From the NCBI RefSeq assembly GCF_009914755.1, contig NC_060942.1: a DNA stretch of 64,000 bases. One strand, 5' to 3'. The translations under genes were made by a program, and so were the position numbers. This stretch comes from the human T2T-CHM13v2.0 reference genome, Homo sapiens. Positions within the stretch are counted from its first letter, which is position 1; every line of letters begins with the position of its first letter. The notes under the pieces were generated by a model. The model had not been told where the DNA came from and did not search any database. It saw nothing but the letters and a program-made list of their open reading frames with translations. Positions 27,510 through 39,900 of the stretch are shown here, in pieces.

Positions 27510-27587
27510 AAAATGCATGCTTTTAAACATTCATAATGTATAATTTTAAACATCTTCTACAAAACATGTTTGAATCATCCATGCTGT
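27510..27587 (+). repeat. 78-bp direct repeat, copy 2
   Basis: Matches 26600-26677 with 2 mismatches. Confidence 0.97.
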
Positions 27588-27899
27588 AATGTCCACAAGA
27601 CGTTAGTGAGATTTCACATATGTCTAAGGCTCACCATTGGAAAGTCTGGATGGGAATCTTTTACTGGCAAAGCTAGATCTTCCTGAGGAGACTGAGACCT
27701 GCAAAACGTTTATTCAAGGCCTTTGGATAAAAGTTGAAACAAAGGTAGGTTAAATCTCCCTAAATCTGGAACCCCATCCCCAATCAATTTCACATTAGAT
27801 TGAAGCAATAAGCACCTAAGACTCTCTTGCTAACAAGGAAAAAGAAAAGCTTCCTTGGAATAAGGTAATGCTATCATTTTCTGCCATGCTTTATTTGCA

Positions 27900-30850
27900 T
27901 AGTATTTGGCTTGCAGTAAATACAATGTTGATTAAAGGAGGCAAGACAATATGAATTATAATTTAGAGGATGGGAGACAATAAATGGATACTCAAAGATA
28001 ATAAATATATTGGAGTTAGAAAATAAATTTCAATAAATATTTATATATAAAAGAAAATATAGAAGAATATGAACAAAATAGATGAAAAAAACTAAGTATA
28101 ACAAAAAATTGGGATCTATTATTATAATAAAAGTGATAATGTAAATAATAACTATAGTAGTCATAAAACGCTAAAGAATGAGAAAAATGAATGCCTTGAA
28201 TATAGTGACAGGATTAGTAAAGCCATCAGTAAAAACATCCAAATTGTTGCATCGCTGTGTAATAAGAAGAATGATAAGAAGAAAAAAAAAGAAATCAGAA
28301 CAAGGTGACACATCTTTCAAATGCATATGATTGATGTTCCAGAAGAAGAGTACAGATAGAGAAGAGGCTATTTGTAAAACAAATTAGCTGACAATTTTTC
28401 CCAATGTTGAACAATTCTAACTCACATATTTAAGAAGCTTAGTGAACTCAAAGCATAAGGGGATTGTTTGAAGCAAAGTGAATAGCAATATATGAACATG
28501 TTAGATATGAAGAAATATTAAAAATTAATAAAGTATTTTTAGAATGAGGTTTTTACAAATAAAGCAATGAAGCAAAACTAAAGTGATACAATTGATAAGA
28601 TATTAATTAAAAATAATGCATATATACACATATATATACAATCAACAAGTAATACTTATTTCAAAAGAATAAATTGTCAAATCCCATTCTAAGGCTGATA
28701 AAATAGAGAAAACACAGATTTCCAATATTAGGAAAAATGAGGATCATTGCAGGTCTTTCTGACATTAAAAGTTAACACAAAAATATAATTAAAAATGTGC
28801 CAATAAATTTGAAATGCTGAGTAAATATTAAAATAAGGAAAAACCATAATATAACAAAAATAAGGACATAGAAAATCTGCATATTATTTATTTATATGAA
28901 AGAAGTTAAATCTTTATACTAAAACTCTTTCTTTAAACAAAATGCAATAAAAACAAAACAAAGGCTTATGATTAATTATTCCATATTTAAGAACAAAAAC
29001 ACCATTGTTACAAAAAATGTTCTAGCCTATGAAAAAGAGACATTTCCCCTTGTATCTTATGATGCTGTTAGATACAGCACATTCATGTGATAAAATTTAT
29101 CATCTATGCCAAAACCTCAGAGCAAGTTAGAATAAAAGAAACATTTTGTAAATTAATAAAAATAATCACAAAAAACGGCAATTGCATATTTTGTGAGGGG
29201 TTTTTGACAGCTTTACACATGAGATTACGAATGAGACAAACGTATAAGCTTTTATAACTTCTCTTCAATATTATACAATATTGTATGGGAATTGATATTC
29301 AGTGCTAATAAGTTAAGAAAAAAGTTATAAGGAGGGAAAGGAATAAGTAAAATAAAATAACAAGACTATATGATTGTATGCATAAAAATCCAAAAATAAT
29401 CTACATGAAATTTATTATATTCTACTTTTTATTCAGGTACCACATATAGAAAAAATCAACACCACCATTAACTAACTGGATTTAATCAATATTTATAGAA
29501 CACTCTACCTAAGAAGAGCAGAATATATATTATTTTTAAATGCTCATAGAATATATACCAAGATAGACCATATCTTAGATTTCTTAAAACAGATCTACAA
29601 ACACAAGTTTGACAACTTATATAAAATGTGCCACTTTTGTCCAAAAATACACTATCAAATCTATATTAAACAGATAATTTAAACTTTCCTGTAATTACTA
29701 AGGGAATGATTTCATAATTTACAAATTCATACAAAAATATACCTCTAAATCCAGATGGTTTAACTGTAGTGATCTACTGTTTTGTTGAAAGAAAAATTAA
29801 CATCAGTTCTAAAAAATATATTTTAGGATATAGAAAGGGAATGCTTTATAAAGTTAGTATGACCCTGATAAGAAAATGGTACAAAAATAGTACAGAAAAC
29901 AAAAATTACAGACCAGTATTACCTCTTGAATACAAAATGCAAAAATACTTAACAAAATATTACCCAATAGAATTCAGCAATATACAAAAATATATATGTA
30001 ATGACTCTTTAGGATTTATTTACGGAATTCAAAGCTAGCTCAATATTTAAAAATCAATCAATGTAAAACATTATATGAAAAGATAAAGAATAAAAAAACA
30101 TATGATTTTGTCGATTCATGCAGATAAGCATTTGACACAATCCAACACTCATTCATAATAAAAACACACAGAAAACTAAGAATAAAAGGCACACCTAAAC
30201 TTAATAAAGAAAATCTATAAAAAACAACACAGCTAACATTATACTTAGTGATGAGGACTGAATATTTTCCACTAATATTAGAAACAAAGATTTCTGCTCC
30301 CACCACTTACTTTCAATTTTCTTTTCTGGAAATTTAACAAGTCTGATAAGGCAAGAAACAAAGAATAAAAGGCAGAAATAAGTGAAGAGATAAAAAGAAA
30401 TGACCGTATTTGGAGACGACATAATTGTCTATAGTGAGAACACCAATAAATCTACAAACAGATTTTTCTATAAATCTAATACAACATATGTAAGACTTGT
30501 ATACTTAAAACTGTACAACCATGCAGAAAAAATATCACATAAGCTCTAAGTAAATGGAAATACATATAATTCCTAGATTGAAGGAATTCCCCATATGGTT
30601 CCTAGATTGAAATACTGAACACAATAGAAATCTCTATTATTTCCAAATCAATATATAGATTTTATGCAATTCCTATCATGATCCCAGTAAATTTGGTACA
30701 GATATAGAAAGAATTGTTTTAATATTTATGGAGAATAGCAAAGAAACTAGAATAGCTAAAACCATTTTGAAAAATAATAAAGTGAGAGAAATCAGTCTAC
30801 CTAATTATATATATATAGTTGCATTATTATATAGTTAGATCATATTTTGG
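27900..30850 (+). mobile_element. Mosaic of old L1M ORF1/ORF2 fragments
   Basis: A-rich sense strand with L1 remnants ('aattacagaccagtatt', 'agcatttgacacaatccaacactcattcat', 'ctagaatagctaaaaccattttgaaaa'). Confidence 0.7.
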
Positions 30851-30857
30851 CATTAAA

Positions 30858-31825
30858 CAAGATGGGAAAATTTTTGCAATCTACCCATCTGACGAAGGTG
30901 TAATATCCAGAATCTACATGGAATTTAAACAAATTTACAATAAAAAAAAAAATCCCATCAAAAGTGGGCAAAGGATATGAACAGACACATCTCAAAAGAA
31001 GACATTTATGCAGCCAACAAACATATGAAAAAAAGCTCATCATCATTGGTCATTACAGAAATGAAAATCAAAACCACAATGAGATACCATCTCATGCAGG
31101 TCAGAATGGCAATTATTAAAGAGTCAGGAAACAACAGATGCTGGCAAGGTTGTGGAGAAATAGAAACACTTTTACACTGTTGGTGGGAGCGTAAATTAGT
31201 TCAACCATTGTGGAAGACAGTGTGATGATTCCTCAAGGATCTAGAAAAAGAAATACCATGTGACCCAGCAATCCCATTACTAGGTATGTATCTAAAAGAT
31301 TATAAATTATTCTACTATAAAGACACATGCACATGTATGTTTATCGCAGCACTATTTACAAAAACAAACACTTGGAACCAACCCAAATGCCCATCAGTGA
31401 TAGACTGGATAAAGAAAATGTGGCACATATTCACCATGGAGTACTATGCAGCCATCAAAAAGAATGAGTTCATGTCCTTTGCAGTGACATGGATGAAGCT
31501 GGAAGCCATCATTCTCAGCAAACTCACACAGGAAAAGAAAATCAAACACCACATGTTCTCACTCGTAAGTAGGAGTTGAACAATGAGAACACATGGACAC
31601 AAGGAGTGGAACATCACACACCAGAGCCTGTCAGGGGGTCGGGGGCAAGGGGAGGGAGAGCATTAGGACAAATACCTAATGCACGTGGGGCTTAAAACCT
31701 GGATGATGGGTTGATAGGTGCAGCAAACCACCATGGCACATGTTTACCTATGTAAGAAACCCGCACGTTCTTCACATGTATTCCAGAACTTAAAGTAAAA
31801 TAAAATTAAATTAAAATTTAAAAAG
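30858..31825 (+). mobile_element. 5'-truncated L1PA (L1PA8-like) 3' end
   Basis: ORF2 C-terminal peptides (MNRHISKEDIYAANKHMKK; CMFIAALFT...WNQPKCPS), primate L1 3' UTR and A-rich tail. Confidence 0.93.
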
Positions 31826-31829
31826 ATTA

Positions 31830-32890
31830 AAACAAAGTTTTAGAAAATGTAGAAACACATCACTTGCATTTGGACTAGACAAATCATTTTGAGCCATGAT
31901 ACTAAATTACCATCCATAATAAGAAAAATGAATAAACTGCACTTCATCAAAATTAAAAACTCTGTGTTTTGAAGATCCTATTAAGCAATTGAAAACACTA
32001 CTTACTGAATAAAGAAAATATTTTTAAACCTCACATGTGAATAAGGACTCTTATCTAGAAATATAAAGAACTATCAAAACTCAACATTACCAACCAACGA
32101 ACACACAAAACAATGATAATATGCATGAAAGACATGAATAGACATTTCAATCAAGTGTGTATACAAATATTAAATAAGAACATCATTAGCCATTAGGGAA
32201 ATTCAGAATTAAAACCACAATGAGATATTATAGCACGTATGTTGAAATGGTTCACTAAAAATAAAATGTGGCAACAACAAAGGCTGGGAAAGATATGGAG
32301 CCAGTGGGTTACTATCACATTGTTGGTGGAAATATAACAAGATCAGAAACTCTGGAAAAAAGTTTGGCACTTTCTTAAAAAACTAAGCATGCAAATACCA
32401 GACGATGCATCAACTGCACTCCTTAGAGAGGAAAACTTACATTCACACAAACGCTTGTACTCAGGATTAAGAAAAAAAAAAAAGTATTTATACACACAGT
32501 AACCTGGATGATTGGTGACAGAATTATGCCGACTGAAAAAAGATTCAATTCCCAAGAGATTACATAATGAATAATTCCATTTCCTTACCACTTTTGAAAT
32601 GATAAAATTATAGAAAGGTAGAATGTAGGAATTGTTACCAGGGATTAGGAAGAGCTGGGAATGGAAGGGAAGTATTTGTGTCCATTAAAATGCAACATGA
32701 CGCATCCTTGTTGTGATGGAAAGTATTCTGCATTTTGACTGGATTAATGTCAACTTCCTAGTGGTCATACTGTATTACAACTTTATAAGAGGCCACCCTT
32801 AGGGAAAATTAGGTTAATGGTACACAGGATCTCTGCATATTACTTTTTAAAACTCCATGTAAATACTGAGTTAAAAAATAAAAATAGGCA
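31830..32890 (+). mobile_element. Old L1MC/MD-type 3' region
   Basis: 'cttcatcaaaattaaaaac', 'aaaaccacaatgagata', 3' UTR 'aatgtcaacttcct...acaggatctctg'. Confidence 0.72.
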
Positions 32891-32892
32891 AA

Positions 32893-33403
<511 letters not shown>

Positions 33404-33509
33404 GACACCAATCAAAGGCCAACTATACTACAGGTAAAGTACTAACCTTTAATATTCATTACCTTGCTGAATATTTCAAACGGTATAATAAAATATGTAA
33501 ATGCTTAGA

Positions 33510-33822
33510 AATTGTCTCCTCCCTTCACTCTGTACCTTCAGGAAGAGAGTATATTTCTCCTCACCGATTTGGGCTTGAAATGGCCAGCAGCTGACAGGAA
33601 AGAAATGGAGATATCAGTCGTCCCACTTCAAGGAACTGAATTCTGCCAACCATCTGAATGATCAAAGAACATATTATTCTCTAGAGAGACATGCATCTTA
33701 CCATCATCTTGATTTTAGTCCAGTAAGATGAGTATAAGATTTCTAACCTACAGAACTGTAAGATGATAATTTTGTGTTGCTTTATACCATTAAGTTTGTT
33801 ATGGCAGAGATATAAAACTAAC
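33510..33822 (+). mobile_element. MLT1 (MaLR) LTR with internal deletion
   Basis: 'aaggaactgaattctgccaac...acctacagaactgtaagat...aaaactaaca'. Confidence 0.72.
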
Positions 33823-34336
33823 ATAAAGGAGGCAAGGGTGCAGGAACTTCCATTCTAGGGTAGTTAAATGTTGCTATACTGAAAAATAACTGAATATGAG
33901 GCATACCAATGAGTAAGAAGGACATTTGGTATGGTAATATTTTAATGCTGGTAGTTGACTTACGCAAAAGTAAGCAATCATCTTTCTGCTTATAAACATG
34001 AAACTACAGTAAAAGGGGTTAATTATCTAGGTTATTTTTGCAGTACATGAACTCGGAGCTAGGTTGTTTTCCCTGATACCCACATCAATCACCAGGCCAT
34101 ACTGCCTTCCACTCAGCCTAGCACACGCTTTTCTTTTTGGAAGATTCACATGGTAACTTCAAGTAAGATATATTTTTGTGGGAATAGAAAAAAAAGATAG
34201 TAATATTTAAAACTGCTGAAGATATGAATTAGAGTGATTGCACTGGAATTTTTTAAAGCAAGGAAAGAAGTACATATTTTAGAGACTTTTTAAAGAAAAA
34301 TGAACTGTGTAACATGTAAGATATGAATTAACTGCA

Positions 34337-34808
34337 TTATTTTGCATGTGGATATCCAATTCTCCCAATTGTAATTGTTGAAAAGACTATCCTTTCTGAA
34401 TTTAATATTTTTGGTATCTTCTTCTAAGATCAGTTGACTGTATTTGTGGAAATATTTCTAGATTCTCTATTCTCTTCCTCTGGTCTATATATCTGAGTTT
34501 ATACCAACACCATCCTGTTTTGAGTACTGTTTCTTTGTAATATATTTGAAAATCAGGAAGTATGATGCCTCCAGCTTCGTTCTTCTTTCTCAAAATTGAT
34601 ATGGTTATTTCTGGTCTTTTGTGGTTCCATAGGAGTTTTATAATTTTTTTCTATTTTTGAAAAAATAAATGTCATTATGTTTTTGATAGGGATTACATTA
34701 TATATATAGATCACTTTGGGTAGTATGGACATTTTTAATGATATTAATTCTTCCTATCCATGAATGCAAGATATATTTCTATTTGTTTGTGTCTTTTTTT
34801 TATTTTTA
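34337..34808 (-). mobile_element. L1M ORF2 segment, inverted
   Basis: Minus ORF 34402-34593 ([18 protein letters not shown]). Confidence 0.88.
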
Positions 34809-34809
34809 C

Positions 34810-35595
34810 AGGCCATCAGGTAAGTGAAAACATCCCCAGTGTCACTAATCATCAGGTATATGAAAATCAAAACCACAATAATCTATCATCTCAGACCTCT
34901 CAGAATGGCTATTATTAAAAAACTCAAAAAGGACAAGTGTAGGTGAAGATGTAAAGAAATTCAAAACCCTGGATACTGTTGGTGGGAATGTAAAATCTGT
35001 AGGATTTATGGAAAACAATTTGGAAATTCCTCAAAAATTAAAACTAAAACTTCCATATGATCCAGAAATCGTACTTCTAAGTATTTGTCCAAAAGAATTA
35101 AAACCAGAATCTTAAATAGATATTAGCATTCCCTTGCTCATATCAATACTATCCAGAAAGCCAGGATTTGGAAACAACCTAAATGTCCATAGAGATTTGA
35201 TGGTTACAGAAACTGTGCTATAAACATACAACACAATATTATTCAGCCTGTAAAAAGATATCCTGTACTATGCAGCAGCATGCATGAACCTTGAGGACAT
35301 TATTCTCAGTGGGATGAGCCAGTTATAGAAAGATAAATACTGGATGACTCCACTAACATGTGGTATCGAATATAGGCAAGTTCACAGAATCAAAGAGTAA
35401 AATTGTGTTTGCCTGGGTCTAGGGAAAGAGGGAAGTGGGGAATTGCTAATCAACAAACACAAAGTTTTAATTGAGAAAGGTAAGTTCTCAAGATATGCTA
35501 TATTGTATCTATCAAAATACCCAACTATATACTTAAAATTTCATTAAGAGAATAAATCTCACATTAAGTATTCTTACCAAAATAAAATAAAATTA
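34810..35595 (+). mobile_element. L1MA/MB-type 3' end
   Basis: 'cactaatcatcagg...aaatcaaaaccacaa' through 3' UTR and A-rich tail. Confidence 0.85.
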
Positions 35596-36029
35596 ATGAA
35601 GTTAAAAGGGCAATGGATATATCTGAATATAATCTGGTATCAGAAGGATCCTTTAACCTCACAGAAATGAAGTAGATTTTTAAACAGGTGTTAATTTATG
35701 TTTATTTACATTTTTAAATCAGTAGTAATACTCATTAACTCTTCTGTTATGGACAGTCAAATAAAAATTATGAATCCTAGAAAATAAAAATAAAAACCAA
35801 ACAACAAAGTAAAAAGAAAGATAATAACAAGACTGTAATAACTTGGAAAGAACAAATGAATGGGAAAGGAAGACTAAACGATGATTATGAGATATAAAAC
35901 TCTAAGTTTAGGTGAAATAAAATAAATTACAATTCTAAATATATTGACTTTCAAGAGTGAAGGAACATACAGGTAAACAGGTTAAGCTTTTTCAAAACGT
36001 TGTTCTCAAAGTATGATCTGTCTACACAC

Positions 36030-36256
36030 ACAACAATGAGAACACATGGGCACAGGGAGGGGAACATCACACACCAGGGCCTGTCAGTGGGTGGGGGTCT
36101 AGGGGAGGGATAGCATTAGGAGAAATACCTAATGTAGGCGACAGGTTGATGGGTACAGCAAACCACCATGCCATATGTATACCTATGTAACAAACCTGCA
36201 CATTCCGCACATGTATCTCAGAACTTAAAGTGTAATAATAACTATAATAATAAAAA
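36030..36256 (+). mobile_element. Short L1PA 3' UTR insertion
   Basis: 'aacaatgagaacacatgg...gggagggatagcattaggagaaatacctaatgtag...agaacttaaagt' plus tail. Confidence 0.92.
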
Positions 36257-36552
36257 GATATGACTCTTCCTTTCTAAACTCATCTTACCCATTTTCATAC
36301 CACTGTTATATTTAAAAACTGAGATATGTTTTTTATAATCTATTAAAATACTTATGATTCCACATCAACTGAAATGCTCTGTCCTCTGTTGTTTTCTTTC
36401 ATTCCCTGTGTAAAAAAGCCACTTTTTCTCTTGAACATTGCAGTAACTTCTTATTATCCAGTAATAAGTAAGGACACTGCTTTCCTGGTAGTTATAATGC
36501 TGACTCTTAATAATCTATTCTTTCCAGATTTTTTTTTTTTTTTTTTGCTACA

Positions 36553-36908
36553 CTTTTTGTTGTTGTTGTTGTTATACTTTAAGTTCTAGGGTGCATGTGC
36601 ACAAGGTGCAGGTTTGTTACATATGTATACATGTGCCATGTTGGTGTGCTGCACCCATTAACTCGTCATTTACATTAAGTATATCTCCTAATGCTATCCC
36701 TCCCCCCTCCCCCCACCTCACGACAGGCCCTGGTGTGTGATGTTCCCCTTCTTGTGTCCAAGTGTTCTCATTGTTCAATTACCACCTATGAGTGAGAACA
36801 TGCGGTGCTTGTTTTTTTGTCCTTGCGATAGTTTGCTGAGAATGATGGTTTCCAGCTTCATCCACGTCCCTACAAAGGACATGAACTCATCCTTTTTTAT
36901 GGTTGCAT
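36553..36908 (-). mobile_element. Short L1PA (younger, PA4/5-like) 3' end
   Basis: 'ttatactttaagttctaggg...ctcctaatgctatccctcccccctcccccc...tccagcttcatcc'. Confidence 0.93.
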
Positions 36909-39900
36909 TCTTTAATAAAGATCCAAATCTTATTTGTTTTTGTATCTCTCATACCATAGCAGAGTTCTGTGTACCTAGTAGCATCCCAATATTTGCCTAA
37001 TATAACAAAACTGGAAATTACTAGTGTTATTTTTATAAATGAATATTTATTTGTTTCTTACAGGGGCTGCCCAACTGTATTAATAAGAGTGATTGGATAT
37101 ACTTTAAAATGTGAAAAATATATTTTGAAATAGTTTCAAAGTGGTTAGAGGTTAGAAAATGTTAATGAATAGTACCCTTTTTAATGAACAGATGGTATAA
37201 AACGATCACTGGAGCCACAGGGAACTAGTTTAACAAAGATGTTTTGAAAGGATGGCAGAGAGTCTCAAATAGTAATAGGATTTCTTTTTTTTTCCATTTT
37301 GCAAAGGCCTACTTTACGGTCTATTTTCTTAGGCTTTCCAAAATGCTACATTTGAATGATGCTGCAATACAACACTGTACAGATTATTAGTTTGACAGTT
37401 TCTAGAGATGAGTTGTTGGAGAAACTATATGAAATGGGATGTCCTCTAGGTTCAGAGCAGTGTTCCAGAACTGAATTTTAGGTTTAGTACACTTTTATAT
37501 AAATGAGTTGAATAAATAAGTAATTTAAATGCAGATGTTACCTTTTCTATGCTAGTGGGGATTGGTGAGAAGTTACAATCTGTCTGGGAAAAGATCTTTG
37601 CTGCTTCTAGATAACTTTATTTCAGAAAAGGGGCTTTATAAAGAAGGAAGAATGTAACAGCTGTGTTTCTTTTTGGTTAGAAAAATAAGAGCAAAGGGAC
37701 ATGTAATTCAAATATAAATGTTGACTCTCTTCAGAAGTTACAAATGAAAGTGATATTTAGGAAATTATTTATGTCATTATACCGTGATGATTTATCAGAA
37801 AAAGGTAGAAAATAGCTTAATGTTTGCATTAGTAAACAGAATTATATGATTTTTATATGTGTTTTACAAATAGATAAAAAACTGAGAAGCAGGATATTAT
37901 GATTTATTAATTTGCTTTAATATACAAAGAGATGTACTTACCAATTTTTATATAAGAACTAATCTAAGTATGCAAAGAAACAAAAAAGTCTCATTTTATA
38001 CATTAGAAGTATCTTTCAAAATTTCCTTATTTTGATTTTTTTCATGTAAGAAATGGATAGAAAGGGAAGAAGTTTTGAAAAGTGAGATAATTCAAAGCTT
38101 TCAATATTTGAATGTAATTTTAACTTAAAAAACAGAAATAATAAAATTAAATGCTTTAAGGAGCATAATTACTATTGCTTCTGATGTTACAAAAAAAATA
38201 AAACAAAATATTAAAATTACATAAAGTTGTTGAAGAAAATAATGCAAAAGTTTAATATTTATAATAAAATTGATCATTACTTTTTCACTGTGGTTTGTTA
38301 TTACACACAGTATTATTTGTTTCTTACTCTTAAATTTTTACTTTTGTGTATATACACCATCAAAAACTTATGGAAGTTAAAAACTATTATTATTATTATT
38401 TTGATGCAGCATCTGCTTAGAGTAGCAGATGGTAGGTACAAAAATTTATAAAGTTAATGAATCAAATTATTCATTACTTAGCTAGAGAAGTAGTGGCAAA
38501 CAAGCTTCTATCTTCAAATATTTCAATATAAGTGAGAAGACAGAGATATAATTACTTAATATTTTATTTTAATTTGAATTTAGTTTGGGGATATTTGTAG
38601 GCTTTCAGCATACAAATGAGATTGAATGTGTTACTAAATATTTATTATTTTTTGTCATGCAACTTGTAGCATATTAAGAATTTAAATTCTCTTTCAATCA
38701 TATAATATATACTATTATACTCCAAATGGATTAAACTCACCATAATTATCTTATCCTTAGTCCTGAAACACTTCTTTCCCTTAAAATGAAATCATTATTC
38801 ACCACTATTCTCTCTCAAAAAAAAAAAAAAGGCAATTTATATCTTGGACAAAAGTATATCTGTGAAAAAGACATTTTAGCCTTTAACAGATGGACTTATT
38901 TCAAGTCATTGATTTTGAGATGTTAAAGAAAGCAGCAGAAAAGTCTTTCTGGTAATTTTTATTGAATAGACTCCTATTAAGGATAGAAGGCATGGCAATA
39001 AATAACAGTAACCTTTGTGTAGCACAGCTTTAGGCAGTATTAAGGCCAAAAACTTCTCATGGGATTGAAGACAATTCTGGTGCTAATTACCTTTTTTATC
39101 TATATGAAATGTTAACTGTCTAAGAATTAATGGAACAAATCCTTTCAACTGAACTCATGTTTCAAGAGCTATGTCATCTTGAAATGTCTCAGTTGTACAA
39201 TGATAATCAGTGCATTTTCACTGTATATGAAGGCTCGGTCTCTTCACTTTTTTCACTCTGAGAATTGTAAGGACTGCATGTTGAATTACATTTGTCTGTC
39301 CCTTGTTTTTGATAAAGGCCATTCATCCAAGGGCAAAATCTCACATTAAAATGTTACTAGAGATTTGACTGACACAGCCTTATCCTTCCACTCACTTATT
39401 GCGTCAGCAATCCTCAACCAAATGGACCTTGAGATGAAACACCAAGACAAGTGTGGAAAGTGGCACCTTGTCCCTGTCACAGACGCAGTGAGTAGACATC
39501 GCTGAGAAAGTCTGCAGTCATAGGTTAATCCGCTTTGTATACTAGTATCCAACCAGGTCTGACCAAGCAACAGTGATGTTGGGAATCAGGATTAGGTAAT
39601 TTCTCTGTCCTTCAGTTTTAGTACTGGAGCTGCTATTTGCTACCATGATGAATGCTATCATTTACCAAAAAAAAAAAAAAAATAGTTTAAAGTGTAATAC
39701 TAAGTCTTGAGGTCCCTTTAAGCAACTTAAACTTCACTGAAGAAAGTGCACTGGACAGTTTTAGAGATAAAGGAACAATTCCACATTGTTACTAGGATTA
39801 GGGTAAGTACGGCAATCTGTAAATGAATCAGGTTATTTGAAACTAGTTTTCAAGCATTCAATCTGATTTCAAGAGAAAAGAGGCCTTACTTTTACATTTA

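Noticed and set aside
26600-27587. Direct repeats read as a CRISPR array or as the LTRs of a small element
   Set aside because: Only two copies, no regular spacers, no TG...CA termini, primer-binding site or TSD, and a eukaryotic context.
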